64,000 bases of DNA from contig CAZLHU010000001.1 in the NCBI GenBank assembly GCA_964559765.1, positions 148,164 through 212,163 on the forward strand, written 5' to 3'. Position numbers and translations under genes: made by a program. This DNA is from an uncultured Candidatus Saccharibacteria bacterium (lineage in GTDB: Bacteria; Patescibacteriota; Minisyncoccia; UBA6257; Colwellbacteraceae). Of the stretch, positions 9,416 to 18,597 are shown one piece after another; the stretch's first letter is position 1; every line of letters begins with the position of its first letter. A model generated the notes under the pieces. The model ran no database searches. It saw nothing but the letters and a program-made list of their open reading frames with translations, and was not told the origin of the DNA.

Positions 9416-9936
9416 GAAGCGTTGGTTGTAACATTAATGACATCCTCGTCATCGTCGAGGGCGTCCACCAACTCGTCCAATTTATTCCCAGTCTCCTCGT
9501 CGATTGCCACCGGAAACTTTGCGGTCCATTCACCCTCCTTGCTATGCTCAAAAGCCCACATGACACTCCCCGGCTCAGCCACCTTGCTGTTCGCGTCGGT
9601 GAGTATTTTGCGTATCTCCGCCATGGTGCGATTGCGGCTGTCGGTGACCGCGGCTATTATCATAGCCACCCCGCCTGGACCATAAGCCTCGATCAGTAAA
9701 TCCTCTAGGTCTGCGTTCTTGCTACCCTCGATTGCCCGCGTGATGTTGTCCATCGGCACATTAGCCTCCTTGGCCGTCTCAACGGCTGTGCGCAGTCTAG
9801 GGTTAAAGTCTGGGTTGGGCTCCGTTCGCGCAGCGGCCTTCACCGCCTTTAATAGTTTTGAGAAGAGTGCGCCGCGCTTCTTGTCAGTAACGCCTTTCTT
9901 GGCTTTTATTTGAGACCACTTTGAATGTCCTGACAT
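9412..9936 (-). CDS. yebC: YebC/PmpR-family transcriptional regulator, short (174 aa)
   Basis: N-terminal 'MSGHSKWSQIKAKKGVTDKKRGALFSKL...NPRLRTAVETAKEANVPMDNI' is the YebC signature; it is about 70 aa shorter than typical. Confidence 0.8.
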   Translation of the reverse strand: MSGHSKWSQIKAKKGVTDKKRGALFSKLLKAVKAAARTEPNPDFNPRLRTAVETAKEANVPMDNITRAIEGSKNADLEDLLIEAYGPGGVAMIIAAVTDSRNRTMAEIRKILTDANSKVAEPGSVMWAFEHSKEGEWTAKFPVAIDEETGNKLDELVDALDDDEDVINVTTNAS

Positions 9937-9986
9937 CGTATTTGCTTTGCTTTTTGATATGCTTCCGCCCTATTATAGACGAGATG

Positions 9987-11288
9987 ACAGCTCCAGTGGA
10001 AGCGGGCCACCGCGACGAATTCAAGATCGAACGTTGGGAGCCTATGCCCCTCAACGAGGTCGGCCGTCGCCTTGAAACGGCGATAAAAAATAACGCGCCG
10101 ACGACCGACGTCGCCAGTATTATTTTCTCTTCAGCATCGGCGCTGAAGGCTTCCGACATACACTTCGAAGCAGAACAAGAACAGGCGCTGCTGCGCTTCA
10201 GGTTGGATGGCTTGCTGTATGATATATCGCGTTTCGACAAGAAAATTTACGAATCCCTATTGAACCGCATAAAATTAGTCTCCGGATTGAAGCTGAATGT
10301 TATCAGTACCCCGCAGGACGGTCGCTTCACAGTGAAGCGGGACAACGCCGACATCGAGGTGAGGGTGTCAACGATCCCCTCGGAATACGGCGAAACAGCG
10401 GTGCTTCGTTTGTTGGATCCGAGCGCAGTAGCTTTGAAGTTGGTTGATTTAGGGTTGAGGTCGGATGACCTGGACCTAGCGAACACCGAGCTCAAGAAGC
10501 CCAATGGGATGGTCCTGGTGACCGGGCCGACCGGCAGCGGCAAGACGACGACGCTATATGCATTCTTGAAAGAGGTCCACACCTCGGAACTTAAGTCGAT
10601 CACCATCGAAGACCCTATTGAATATCACCTTGCCGGCATAGAGCAGACGCAAGTCGACACCGAAAGAGGTTATACATTCGCCGCCGGCCTCCGCTCTATT
10701 CTCCGCCAAGACCCGGACATAATCCTGGTCGGAGAGATACGCGACTTGGAGACGGCGGAGACCGCCATACACGCGGCTTTGACGGGCCACGTGGTCTTCT
10801 CGACGCTGCACACCAACGATGCCGTCGGCGCGATACCGAGACTGGTGGATATGGGGACGAAATTGTCGACAATAGCCCCGGCCCTGAACCTCGTAGTCGC
10901 CCAAAGGCTAGTCCGCAAACTATGCGATGCGTGCAAGATGGAGATCTCTCCCGATGCGGCGCTTAAGGCGAACATAGACAAATTCATATCCGGTCTGCCA
11001 GCCAGAGTCTCAAGGGATAATATAAAAATTAAACTGTACAGCCCGAAGGGCTGCGATAAATGCAATAACGGATATACCGGAAGAATCGGGGTTTTCGAGC
11101 TGCTCCAGGTCAACGATGAACTGGAAGGAGTAATTGCTCGCGACTCCACCGAAGAGGCTATACGCAAATTCGCAAAGAGTAAGGGAATGGTTGGGCTTCA
11201 AGCCGACGGTATACTGAAAACACTCGCTGGTATTACCACCCTGGATGAGGTAGAACGTATAACAGGACCTATTGAGTGGACCTACTGA
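9987..11288 (+). CDS. pilB: PilB/GspE-family type II/IV secretion/pilus assembly ATPase, without the N-terminal GSPII domains
   Basis: Walker A 'VTGPTGSGKTTTLYAFL', Asp box, His box 'GHVVFSTLHTNDA', tetracysteine 'CDAC...CDKC'. Start placed at MTAPVE to avoid overlap with divergent yebC. Confidence 0.8.
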   Translation, partial: TAPVEAGHRDEFKIERWEPMPLNEVGRRLETAIKNNAPTTDVASIIFSSASALKASDIHFEAEQEQALLRFRLDGLLYDISRFDKKIYESLLNRIKLVSGLKLNVISTPQDGRFTVKRDNADIEVRVSTIPSEYGETAVLRLLDPSAVALKLVDLGLRSDDLDLANTELKKPNGMVLVTGPTGSGKTTTLYAFLKEVHTSELKSITIEDPIEYHLAGIEQTQVDTERGYTFAAGLRSILRQDPDIILVGEIRDLETAETAIHAALTGHVVFSTLHTNDAVGAIPRLVDMGTKLSTIAPALNLVVAQRLVRKLCDACKMEISPDAALKANIDKFISGLPARVSRDNIKIKLYSPKGCDKCNNGYTGRIGVFELLQVNDELEGVIARDSTEEAIRKFAKSKGMVGLQADGILKTLAGITTLDEVERITGPIEWTY

Positions 11289-11310
11289 GGCCTTTTACAA
11301 GCAACAAAAA

Positions 11311-11456
11311 AAGACGTAGGTCTGCGGGCACTTTGCTTGGGGAAGCGTTCTTTCCGAATTAACAGAAAGAATTTAGAATTTGTCTTGGGGGTAGACCCAG
11401 CCGGAGCCAAGTCGCCCTAAACCTCGATAAATTCGCTGCCCGCAGGCCTACGTCTT
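11311..11456. repeat. 146-bp element bounded by 20-bp inverted repeats (19/20 complementary), enclosing about 106 nt with internal hairpins; candidate structured ncRNA or MITE-like element
   Basis: AAGACGTAGGTCTGCGGGCA (11311-11330) versus TGCCCGCAGGCCTACGTCTT (11437-11456); internal stem TTCTTTC/GAAAGAA. Confidence 0.4.
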
Positions 11457-11501
11457 CTTAATGATTGATTATTTATAACACAAGGAAGATTATTTGTCAA
11501 T

Positions 11502-12518
11502 ATGCCGCACAAAGAGAGGGTAAAACCTGTTGATAACCCAGAAGAGGATCAGAACATCGATTCTCTCCTTAGACCGACCACTTGGGCCGAATATATCGGC
11601 CAGGAGCACGTAAAAAAGAACCTAAAAGTCATTATTGAAGCGGCCCGCAAGCGCGGCGAGCCGGTAGATCACCTGCTATTCTACGGGCAGGCTGGGCTGG
11701 GAAAGACCACCCTGGCCAGGCTTGTGGCCCGCGAGATGTCCTCCCCTCTTAAGACGACGTCCGGTCCAGCCATCGAGAAGACGGGGGACTTGGCTGCGGT
11801 GCTTTCCAATCTAGAGGCCAATGATATCTTATTCATCGACGAGGCCCATCGGTTGAATCGTATGATCGAGGAGGTACTTTATCCGGCGATGGAATCGCGC
11901 AAGCTGCACATAGTCATAGGTAAGGGCGCGGGCGCAAGGACTGTCTCAATAGATCTTCCGCCGTTTACATTGATTGCGGCGACAACCCGAGTGAATCTTC
12001 TTTCAGAACCATTGCGTTCAAGGTTCGGCGCGATACTCCGCCTAGATTATTACGACAACAAGGACATTGAATTGATATTGGAACGTTCCGCGCGGATATT
12101 GGATGTCCCCATAACCAAGGAAGCCATTGAGGTGATAGCTAAAGCGTCCCGTTTCACTCCTCGCGTGGCAAACCGACTTTTGAAGCGGGCTAGGGACTAC
12201 ATCCAGGTTAAGAAAAAGGATTCAATCGACGAAGAGGCGGCCAGATTGACGATGGAGATGTTGGATATAGACAAGCTTGGGTTGGAGGCGCACGATCGAC
12301 AACTGCTGATGATTATCATCGACAAGTTCGGCGGAGGCCCGGTCGGAATAGGGACCCTTGCTGCGGCTCTCAATGAAGACAGGGGCGCAATCGAAGACGT
12401 GTATGAGCCATACCTTTTGAAGTTGGGTCTTATACGCAGAACCCCCGCCGGGAGGGTCGCGGAATTATTGGCCTACGAACACCTTGGACGCAAACCCAAA
12501 GGAGGCGAGCTTTTATAG
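11502..12518 (+). CDS. ruvB: Holliday junction branch-migration helicase RuvB
   Basis: 'LLFYGQAGLGKTTLA', 'FIDEAHRL', and the winged-helix C-terminus. Confidence 0.95.
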   Translation: MPHKERVKPVDNPEEDQNIDSLLRPTTWAEYIGQEHVKKNLKVIIEAARKRGEPVDHLLFYGQAGLGKTTLARLVAREMSSPLKTTSGPAIEKTGDLAAVLSNLEANDILFIDEAHRLNRMIEEVLYPAMESRKLHIVIGKGAGARTVSIDLPPFTLIAATTRVNLLSEPLRSRFGAILRLDYYDNKDIELILERSARILDVPITKEAIEVIAKASRFTPRVANRLLKRARDYIQVKKKDSIDEEAARLTMEMLDIDKLGLEAHDRQLLMIIIDKFGGGPVGIGTLAAALNEDRGAIEDVYEPYLLKLGLIRRTPAGRVAELLAYEHLGRKPKGGELL

Positions 12519-12540
12519 TTATTTGACCGAGGGCGCATAT

Positions 12541-12993
12541 ATGAAACCGACCATTATTAAAACAGATAACGTTAGGCGAACGTCTATGGTAGCTAAGGCA
12601 TTTGCCGATGAGATTTTAAAGACCAAACCATCAAAGAAGGCCGTGGTTATTGGGCTTTCTGGGGATCTTGGCGCTGGCAAGACCACTTTTGTTAAGGCGT
12701 TTGTGCGCGGGCTCGGAATGAGAAAGAAAATAATAAGCCCCACGTTCGTGCTCATGCGCAACTTCCCGATCAAAGGACCGTATCGCAGGATATATCACAT
12801 TGATGCCTACCGCATCAGCGACGCCGGGATGAAACAATTGGGGATGAAAAAAGTTATGGACGACCCGGAGAATATAGTCGTCATTGAATGGGCGGATAGG
12901 GTGAAAAAATCTTTACCTCACGATACGATATACATAAACATCAAACACGGCGACAAGCACAATGAACGACACTTTACTTTTAATAGACGCTAA
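12541..12993 (+). CDS. tsaE: tRNA t6A37 biosynthesis ATPase TsaE
   Basis: 'GLSGDLGAGKTTFVKAF...SPTFVLM...YHIDAYRI', the canonical TsaE/YjeE motifs. Start moved to MKPTIIKT. Confidence 0.8.
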   Translation: MKPTIIKTDNVRRTSMVAKAFADEILKTKPSKKAVVIGLSGDLGAGKTTFVKAFVRGLGMRKKIISPTFVLMRNFPIKGPYRRIYHIDAYRISDAGMKQLGMKKVMDDPENIVVIEWADRVKKSLPHDTIYINIKHGDKHNERHFTFNRR

Positions 12994-13876
12994 CTCGTTG
13001 ATACACCGTGCCTTTCATGCCCTGCCGCCGCTTACATCCCCTGACGGGAAGCCCGCGGGGGCCTTGTATGGGGTGTCGAGTATTCTACTGAAGATTTTCA
13101 AAGAGGGTCCGACCGGACAGGGCCCAGCTGGATACATAGCCGCTGCCTTCGATCGGCAGGAACCAACATTCCGCGAAAAGGAATATAAGGAATATAAGAT
13201 CACACGCGCCCCGACCGCGACCGAGCTGGTCTCACAGCTGATTGAGTGCAGGGAATTATTCAAAACATTCGGCATAAAGACCTTCGAGTTCCCCGGCTTC
13301 GAGGCCGACGACATAGTCTTTGCTCTTGCTCAGAAATTTTCCGCAAAGGGATTGAAGGTATTTATCCTTTCTGGAGACAGGGATCTTCTGCAGGCAGTCG
13401 ATGACAATAAAATCCAAGTGATCATGCCGCAACGGGGAATATCGGACATATTGATCTACGATGAAATATCTGTGATGGGTAAATTCGGAGTATCGCCGAA
13501 ACAGTTCGCAGATTATAAGGGATTGGTGGGTGACACTTCCGACAATATACCAGGCGTTCCGGGGATAGGACCCAAGACAGCGACTAATTTGATAGGCGAA
13601 TATAAATCACTCGAAGGGCTCTATGAAGAGGTTGATGGGGTGGGTTTAGTTAACGTCAAAATGCAGGAGAAGCTTAAAACATATAGGGAACAAGCCTTTC
13701 TTTCGAAGCGTCTGGCTACGTTGAATAAAGATGTGCCGTTGAACGTATCGCTCGACGACCTTAGATTCAAGCTGCCTTCATATGAGAGCTTGTCAGTATA
13801 TTTCGATAAATTCGGATTCAAGACCCTGCTCGAACGTTTTCAGCGATATTCTTCGGATCAGCATCCCGAGGAGTAA
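12962..13876 (+). CDS. Standalone 5'-3' exonuclease (Pol I N-terminal/FEN-like; no polymerase domain)
   Basis: 'LLLIDANSLIHRAFHA', 'GFEADDIV', and the H3TH 'VGDTSDNIPGVPGIGPKTA'. Confidence 0.85.
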   Translation: MNDTLLLIDANSLIHRAFHALPPLTSPDGKPAGALYGVSSILLKIFKEGPTGQGPAGYIAAAFDRQEPTFREKEYKEYKITRAPTATELVSQLIECRELFKTFGIKTFEFPGFEADDIVFALAQKFSAKGLKVFILSGDRDLLQAVDDNKIQVIMPQRGISDILIYDEISVMGKFGVSPKQFADYKGLVGDTSDNIPGVPGIGPKTATNLIGEYKSLEGLYEEVDGVGLVNVKMQEKLKTYREQAFLSKRLATLNKDVPLNVSLDDLRFKLPSYESLSVYFDKFGFKTLLERFQRYSSDQHPEE

Positions 13877-13911
13877 TGCTATATAGTCGAAACTGATTTA
13901 TAATTTCTTTT

Positions 13912-15252
13912 ATGGACACAAAGCCATCTGGAAATAAACGACCATATATCCTGTTCCCAGAAATGCGTTCGCTTTGGCTGTTCGCGGCCATAGCAGTCGC
14001 AATTATTGTAGTCGCCTTTATATATATGCCCATCCTATGGGCCTCTATAAGTTTGGTGGCGTTAGTCGCCCTCGGCGTCGTCGTGTTTTGGGGCGACCTT
14101 TCTTTGGTCAAATCCGATCTGGAATTTAAATATTCATCCAGGCGCATTGATGGTATCATGTCCAACTTAACCGACGGGATAATAGCCTACGATAATGATT
14201 TTAAAATAACGGTATTTAATCCTGCGGCCGCTAACATATTTAGTCTTAAGGCGGAATCTGTGATCGGAAAGATTATCAGCCCAGAGAAGGCGCAGGACGT
14301 ATATTTTAGGCTGCTTACCCAGGTTATATTTCCCTCGCTGGCCCCTGTCGTGCAGGCCCGTTCTGAATCCGGCGTTTACCCGCAGGTTCTGGATTTGTCA
14401 TTCACCGATCCAAACGTCGAGCTTAGGGTGTCTACTGACCGCGTGACTGATGAAAATGGCGCAGTCGTCGGCTTCATAAAGATAGTCCACGACAAGACTC
14501 GTGAGATAGAGATCGCCCAATCAAAGTCGGAATTTATAACCGTTGCGGCTCATCAGCTCAGAACTCCGCTGACCGGAGTGCATTGGACGTTTGAGGCGCT
14601 TAACAGCTCCACCAATAACATCGCGCCCGCAGACAAAGAATTGATAGTTAACGGGCTTACCTTGTCCAATAAACTGCTCAAAATAGTGAATGACCTTCTT
14701 GATGTTTCCAAGATCGAAGAGGGGCGCTTTGGGTATAGCTTTGCGAATGTGAACCTAGTCGACTTTATGTCCGAAATCCTGGGCAATGCCAATATTATGG
14801 CCAAGCAATACGGAATAAATCTTTATTTTGACAGAGGCGCTGATCCGTCGGTATTGGTCTACATAGACGCCTCAAAATTGAGCATCGCTTTTTCTAATAT
14901 AATAGACAATGCCATCAAATATAACGTAAAAAATGGCTCTGTTACTGTAAGAATTGGGCCTGTGCCGAACCAACCGTACGTTCAGGTCAGTATAGAAGAT
15001 ACGGGAGTCGGCATACCGCAGGAGGCCATGAGTAAATTATTCACCAAGTTCTTCCGCGCAGAAAACGTCGTTAAGTTCCAAACCGAAGGCACCGGCCTGG
15101 GTTTATACATAACAAAGAATATAATCAAACGCCACGGCGGGACAATCTCTGCGGAATCGGCCATAGGTAGGGGCAGCAAGTTCTTTATAAATCTTCCCAC
15201 TGACCCGAAACTCGTTCCGCCAACTGAGACCGGAGTGACTGAAGAGATATGA
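13912..15252 (+). CDS. Sensor histidine kinase (2 TM, PAS, HisKA, HATPase_c); no adjacent response regulator
   Basis: H-box 'AAHQLRTPLT', N-box 'IIDNAIKYN', and G-boxes 'DTGVGIP' and 'GTGLGLYI'. Confidence 0.85.
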   Translation: MDTKPSGNKRPYILFPEMRSLWLFAAIAVAIIVVAFIYMPILWASISLVALVALGVVVFWGDLSLVKSDLEFKYSSRRIDGIMSNLTDGIIAYDNDFKITVFNPAAANIFSLKAESVIGKIISPEKAQDVYFRLLTQVIFPSLAPVVQARSESGVYPQVLDLSFTDPNVELRVSTDRVTDENGAVVGFIKIVHDKTREIEIAQSKSEFITVAAHQLRTPLTGVHWTFEALNSSTNNIAPADKELIVNGLTLSNKLLKIVNDLLDVSKIEEGRFGYSFANVNLVDFMSEILGNANIMAKQYGINLYFDRGADPSVLVYIDASKLSIAFSNIIDNAIKYNVKNGSVTVRIGPVPNQPYVQVSIEDTGVGIPQEAMSKLFTKFFRAENVVKFQTEGTGLGLYITKNIIKRHGGTISAESAIGRGSKFFINLPTDPKLVPPTETGVTEEI

Positions 15253-16028
15253 TAATATTTTTGTCCGGCCCCGACTCGTATCGGCGCACAATAAAAGAAA
15301 AAGAGATAGTAGAAGCCTATCGCAAGAAACACGGCTCGATTTCTGATGATAGGTTTGATTTCAGCCAGGATTCTGAGATCGAGGATCTGGAGGGATTTCT
15401 GATGAATAGCTCTATGTTTGATGCGAATAAATTAGCGATAGTCGAATCCCCCTCTAAGGCTCCAGCGGCCAAGTTGGCGAAGATATTCAAATCCCACTTA
15501 AAAGACGACCCCAAAACCACAATCCTCATCATATCTGATAATGAACCAACAGTTGCATTCAAATTCCTAAAAGAAAAGCCGGCCATATATCAAGATTTCC
15601 CCTTATTAGCTGGCAAGGCTTTGGACGCTTTCATTCAGATCGAAGCTGTCCGAAGGGGGTTAAAACTTAATTTAGATACGGTCCAAAAGCTCGCTCAGGC
15701 GTTTGAGGGAGACTCTTGGAGTGTCGTAACTGAATTAGATAAGCTGGAATTTATGGGCAAGCAACCCCTGGATCTAGAAAAGCCAGCTCCGGAATATTTT
15801 GAGCTGGTCAATACTTTAAAATATAGTCACGACATAAGATCTAAGATCGTCGCGTTGGAATCTATTCTTAGCGATAGAAAGGATGACGCCGCCAGAGTTT
15901 TCAATAGTATCGGTTATTGTTCGCGCGACCGGAGGGAGGCTGAATTGTTCGCAGACTACGACGTTTCGGTTAAATCCGGGAGACTGGATTACGAAGAGGT
16001 CTTATTGGATATAGCTCTGCGTTCATAA
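15249..16028 (+). CDS. DNA polymerase III delta-subunit-like protein (HolA-like), short
   Basis: N-terminal 'MIIFLSGPDSYRRTIKEKEI' resembles the HolA N-terminus of small-genome bacteria; weak overall support. Confidence 0.4.
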   Translation: MIIFLSGPDSYRRTIKEKEIVEAYRKKHGSISDDRFDFSQDSEIEDLEGFLMNSSMFDANKLAIVESPSKAPAAKLAKIFKSHLKDDPKTTILIISDNEPTVAFKFLKEKPAIYQDFPLLAGKALDAFIQIEAVRRGLKLNLDTVQKLAQAFEGDSWSVVTELDKLEFMGKQPLDLEKPAPEYFELVNTLKYSHDIRSKIVALESILSDRKDDAARVFNSIGYCSRDRREAELFADYDVSVKSGRLDYEEVLLDIALRS

Positions 16029-16059
16029 CGCAATAAACCAACATAGAAAAAAGAGGCTT

Positions 16060-16314
16060 TTATTTGCCTCCTTTTTTTACCTTCTTAGCTAATCTAGATT
16101 TAAGCCTACTGGCTTTATTCGGCTTTATAATCTTAGCCTTAGAGGCCTTATCCAGGGCCTTATAAACGATATTAAGATCTGCTGCCGTTCCCTTCACTAC
16201 GGAACGTTCATAGTTCCTAATAATGGTTTTTAGGTTGTCTTTACGCGCATTGTTCTTGACCCTGCGGCGGACGTTTTTCCTGGCTTCCTTTTTCGCTGTT
16301 TTTGTTCTAGGCAT
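16060..16314 (-). CDS. rpsT: 30S ribosomal protein S20
   Basis: Basic 84-aa protein 'MPRTKTAKKEARKNVRRRVKNNARK...'. Confidence 0.9.
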   Translation of the reverse strand: MPRTKTAKKEARKNVRRRVKNNARKDNLKTIIRNYERSVVKGTAADLNIVYKALDKASKAKIIKPNKASRLKSRLAKKVKKGGK

Positions 16315-16970
16315 CGGAGGCTATTATTGCATTTATGTTTATTATTATCAAGTTCTAGATTTTATAATCTGATTCCTAAACCAATATTAGGTTTAAATAA
16401 CATTTATGGCTTAAATATGAAATCGGCAATCAATTGCCGATTGCCGATTTAGGTTTTATCTGCTTTACGGATAAACCAATAAAACCGAATCAAATTAAGT
16501 TTATTGCCAATTATAAAGTTTCACGCCAAACAATGCACATGTAAACATTGTTTATCAGCGAACAAATAAATCTAAATAGTTCTTCACAATTAAAAATTGT
16601 AATCAATCAGATCCATTATGTTTGTTCTACGCCAAACATAATATTTACTGAATATCAGAATGCTTAATATTTATCGAATTATGTGACTTATCCTAGTTGT
16701 TGGTGTTTTACGGATATTGGGTTTAGTTGTTTCACGCCAAACGAACCAAATATAATTTATACAAAAACGTCGTATTTATGCGGTTACCTGGCTACTCTAT
16801 TTTTAAGATGTTTTACAATTGTTTCACAGTATTTGTTTTACAAATGTTTCACACGGTTAAATGTGCCCCTAAAGCCTTTTGGGCAAAATAGTTATCAACT
16901 TAGACCATTATCGGTTACCTTTTAAATGTTAAAATTTATATTGATCTAATTAAGCATCAAAGCAAGAAAA
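16315..16970. promoter_or_regulatory. 650-bp AT-rich, repeat-dense non-coding island between rpsT and the ATP-cone gene
   Basis: GTTTCACGCCAAAC twice exactly (16518-16531 and 16728-16741) plus the variant GTTCTACGCCAAAC (16623-16636). Four tandem TGTTT(T/C)ACA boxes at 16809, 16820, 16834 and 16845 with 11-14 bp phasing. A 9-bp inverted repeat AATCGGCAA-tcaa-TTGCCGATT at about 16421-16442. Confidence 0.5.
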
Positions 16971-17267
16971 ATGATAAAGACGGTCATAAAAAGAGACGGG
17001 AGCAGGGTCCCTTTTGATGAGGGAAAAATAAGGAGGGCTGTATTTGCTGCAGCGGTAGACGCGGGCCTTTCCAGGGACAATGCGCAGCTTGCTGCCGGCA
17101 GGGTATTAAACGCAGTGCTCCAATACACCAGCAATCAAGATGAGATATTTACATATGCTTTAAGAAATTTAGTTTTGGATGAATTGGATGAATTTGCGCC
17201 AATGGTCTCAAAGGCGTGGAGAGAGTTTAATCAAAAGGAGAAGAATGTTTCAGATGACGTGCTGTAG
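16971..17267 (+). CDS. Standalone ATP-cone domain protein (NrdR-like cone without a zinc ribbon)
   Basis: 'VIKRDGSRVPFDEGKIRRAVFAA', the ATP-cone signature; only 98 aa. Confidence 0.65.
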   Translation: MIKTVIKRDGSRVPFDEGKIRRAVFAAAVDAGLSRDNAQLAAGRVLNAVLQYTSNQDEIFTYALRNLVLDELDEFAPMVSKAWREFNQKEKNVSDDVL

Positions 17268-17278
17268 GAAACGAATAA

Positions 17279-17725
17279 ATGAAACTATCTAGCCGAGCGT
17301 TCAAAGACGGGCAATCAATACCAATCAGACATACTTGCGACGGGAAGGACTCGAGTCCCCCGCTGGAGATAGAAAACGTGCCGTCAGCGGCAAAAAGCCT
17401 AGTTCTTGTAATGGATGATCCAGACTCGCCTTCCGGCACATTTCTACACTGGATGTTATGGAATATCGATCCTGGAACCATAGGGATACCCGAAGGGATG
17501 AGTCCGCCACGAGCCGCACAAGGAATTAATGATTTTGGGAGTGCGGGTTACGGAGGCCCTTGTCCCAACCACGGCGAACATAAATATAGGTTCAAATTAT
17601 ATGCCTTGGATGCGACTCTGAATCTTAAGCCGTCTATTAAAAAGGAGGACTTGGAAATAGCGATGGAAGGACATATCTGCGGCCAGGCCGAGCTGGCTGG
17701 GTTCTATAAAAGAAAAGGGCAATAA
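17279..17725 (+). CDS. YbhB/YbcL-family phosphatidylethanolamine-binding (PEBP/RKIP-like) protein
   Basis: 'LVLVMDDPDSPSGTFLHWMLWNI...YGGPCPNHGEHKYRFKLYALD'. Confidence 0.85.
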   Translation: MKLSSRAFKDGQSIPIRHTCDGKDSSPPLEIENVPSAAKSLVLVMDDPDSPSGTFLHWMLWNIDPGTIGIPEGMSPPRAAQGINDFGSAGYGGPCPNHGEHKYRFKLYALDATLNLKPSIKKEDLEIAMEGHICGQAELAGFYKRKGQ

Positions 17726-17740
17726 CTAGAAAACTCATAA

Positions 17741-18271
17741 ATGACCCATAGAATTTTCATCGCCTTACCAATTTCAGACCGCCTGCAAAAAGAAATCATA
17801 CAATGGGAAAGCAGCCTACCTGATTTATCTGTGAGATATCTTAAGGGCAGAAACCTACACGTGACCCTTGTTCCCCCATGGTACACAGAGAATCTGAGCG
17901 AACTAGGGGCCTTGCTTAAGGACCAAGCCTCCAAGTATGGGAGATTTAATATAAGCTTCGACACCGTGTCTTTTGGTCCAAACACCTATCAACCGCGTCT
18001 AATTTGGGCCACGGGAAAAGCCTCTGCGGACATATTTGATTTGCGAAGAAAACTCGCCGAAGCATTCGGCCAAAGCGAGGGAATTAAGCCATTCCGAACG
18101 CATCTTACATTGGCCAGGTTTAAACCCGAGGCCTTCTCTGTATTCCCGGTGAGTAGATTAGATGAAAAGATAGATTGGAAAGAGGAAGTGGATTCAATTG
18201 TGATAATGGAGTCCCATCAATCCGAAGAGGGGACGGATTATGAAATTATTGCCAAGGCGCCATTCAAATAA
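17741..18271 (+). CDS. thpR: RNA 2',3'-cyclic phosphodiesterase ThpR/LigT (2H phosphoesterase)
   Basis: Two H-x-T/S-x motifs: 'LHVTLV' and 'THLTLARF'. Confidence 0.8.
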   Translation: MTHRIFIALPISDRLQKEIIQWESSLPDLSVRYLKGRNLHVTLVPPWYTENLSELGALLKDQASKYGRFNISFDTVSFGPNTYQPRLIWATGKASADIFDLRRKLAEAFGQSEGIKPFRTHLTLARFKPEAFSVFPVSRLDEKIDWKEEVDSIVIMESHQSEEGTDYEIIAKAPFK

Positions 18272-18597
18272 ATTTAATACCAAACAATAAATTCCGAGTC
18301 AGCTGTATTGACAAATTGAACTTTTTATGTCTTTTTTAGTAAATCCTCAATCAACTCAACGGAATAAATGATCAATCGCGTGACTAATAGCTTGAATAAG
18401 CCCCGTCTAATTGTTATAACCTCAACGGTTCCTTGATTTAGGAGGGAATGTGAGATTAAGACCAGATCTCTATTACTCCTGCGAAAGAGGCAAGGCGGAC
18501 ATCGCCAAGATAAGGCGATTCTGCGCCAGAGTGGACTGCCCACATCTGCGGGTCAGGCCGAGGAAAAACTATCACCAAGAAAAAAGGAGAAGCGGCA

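Noticed and set aside
10247-11201. Four minus-strand ORFs of 63-165 aa inside the pilB region
   Set aside because: They are antisense shadows of a well-supported PilB/GspE ATPase, with no motifs. The region codes on the plus strand.
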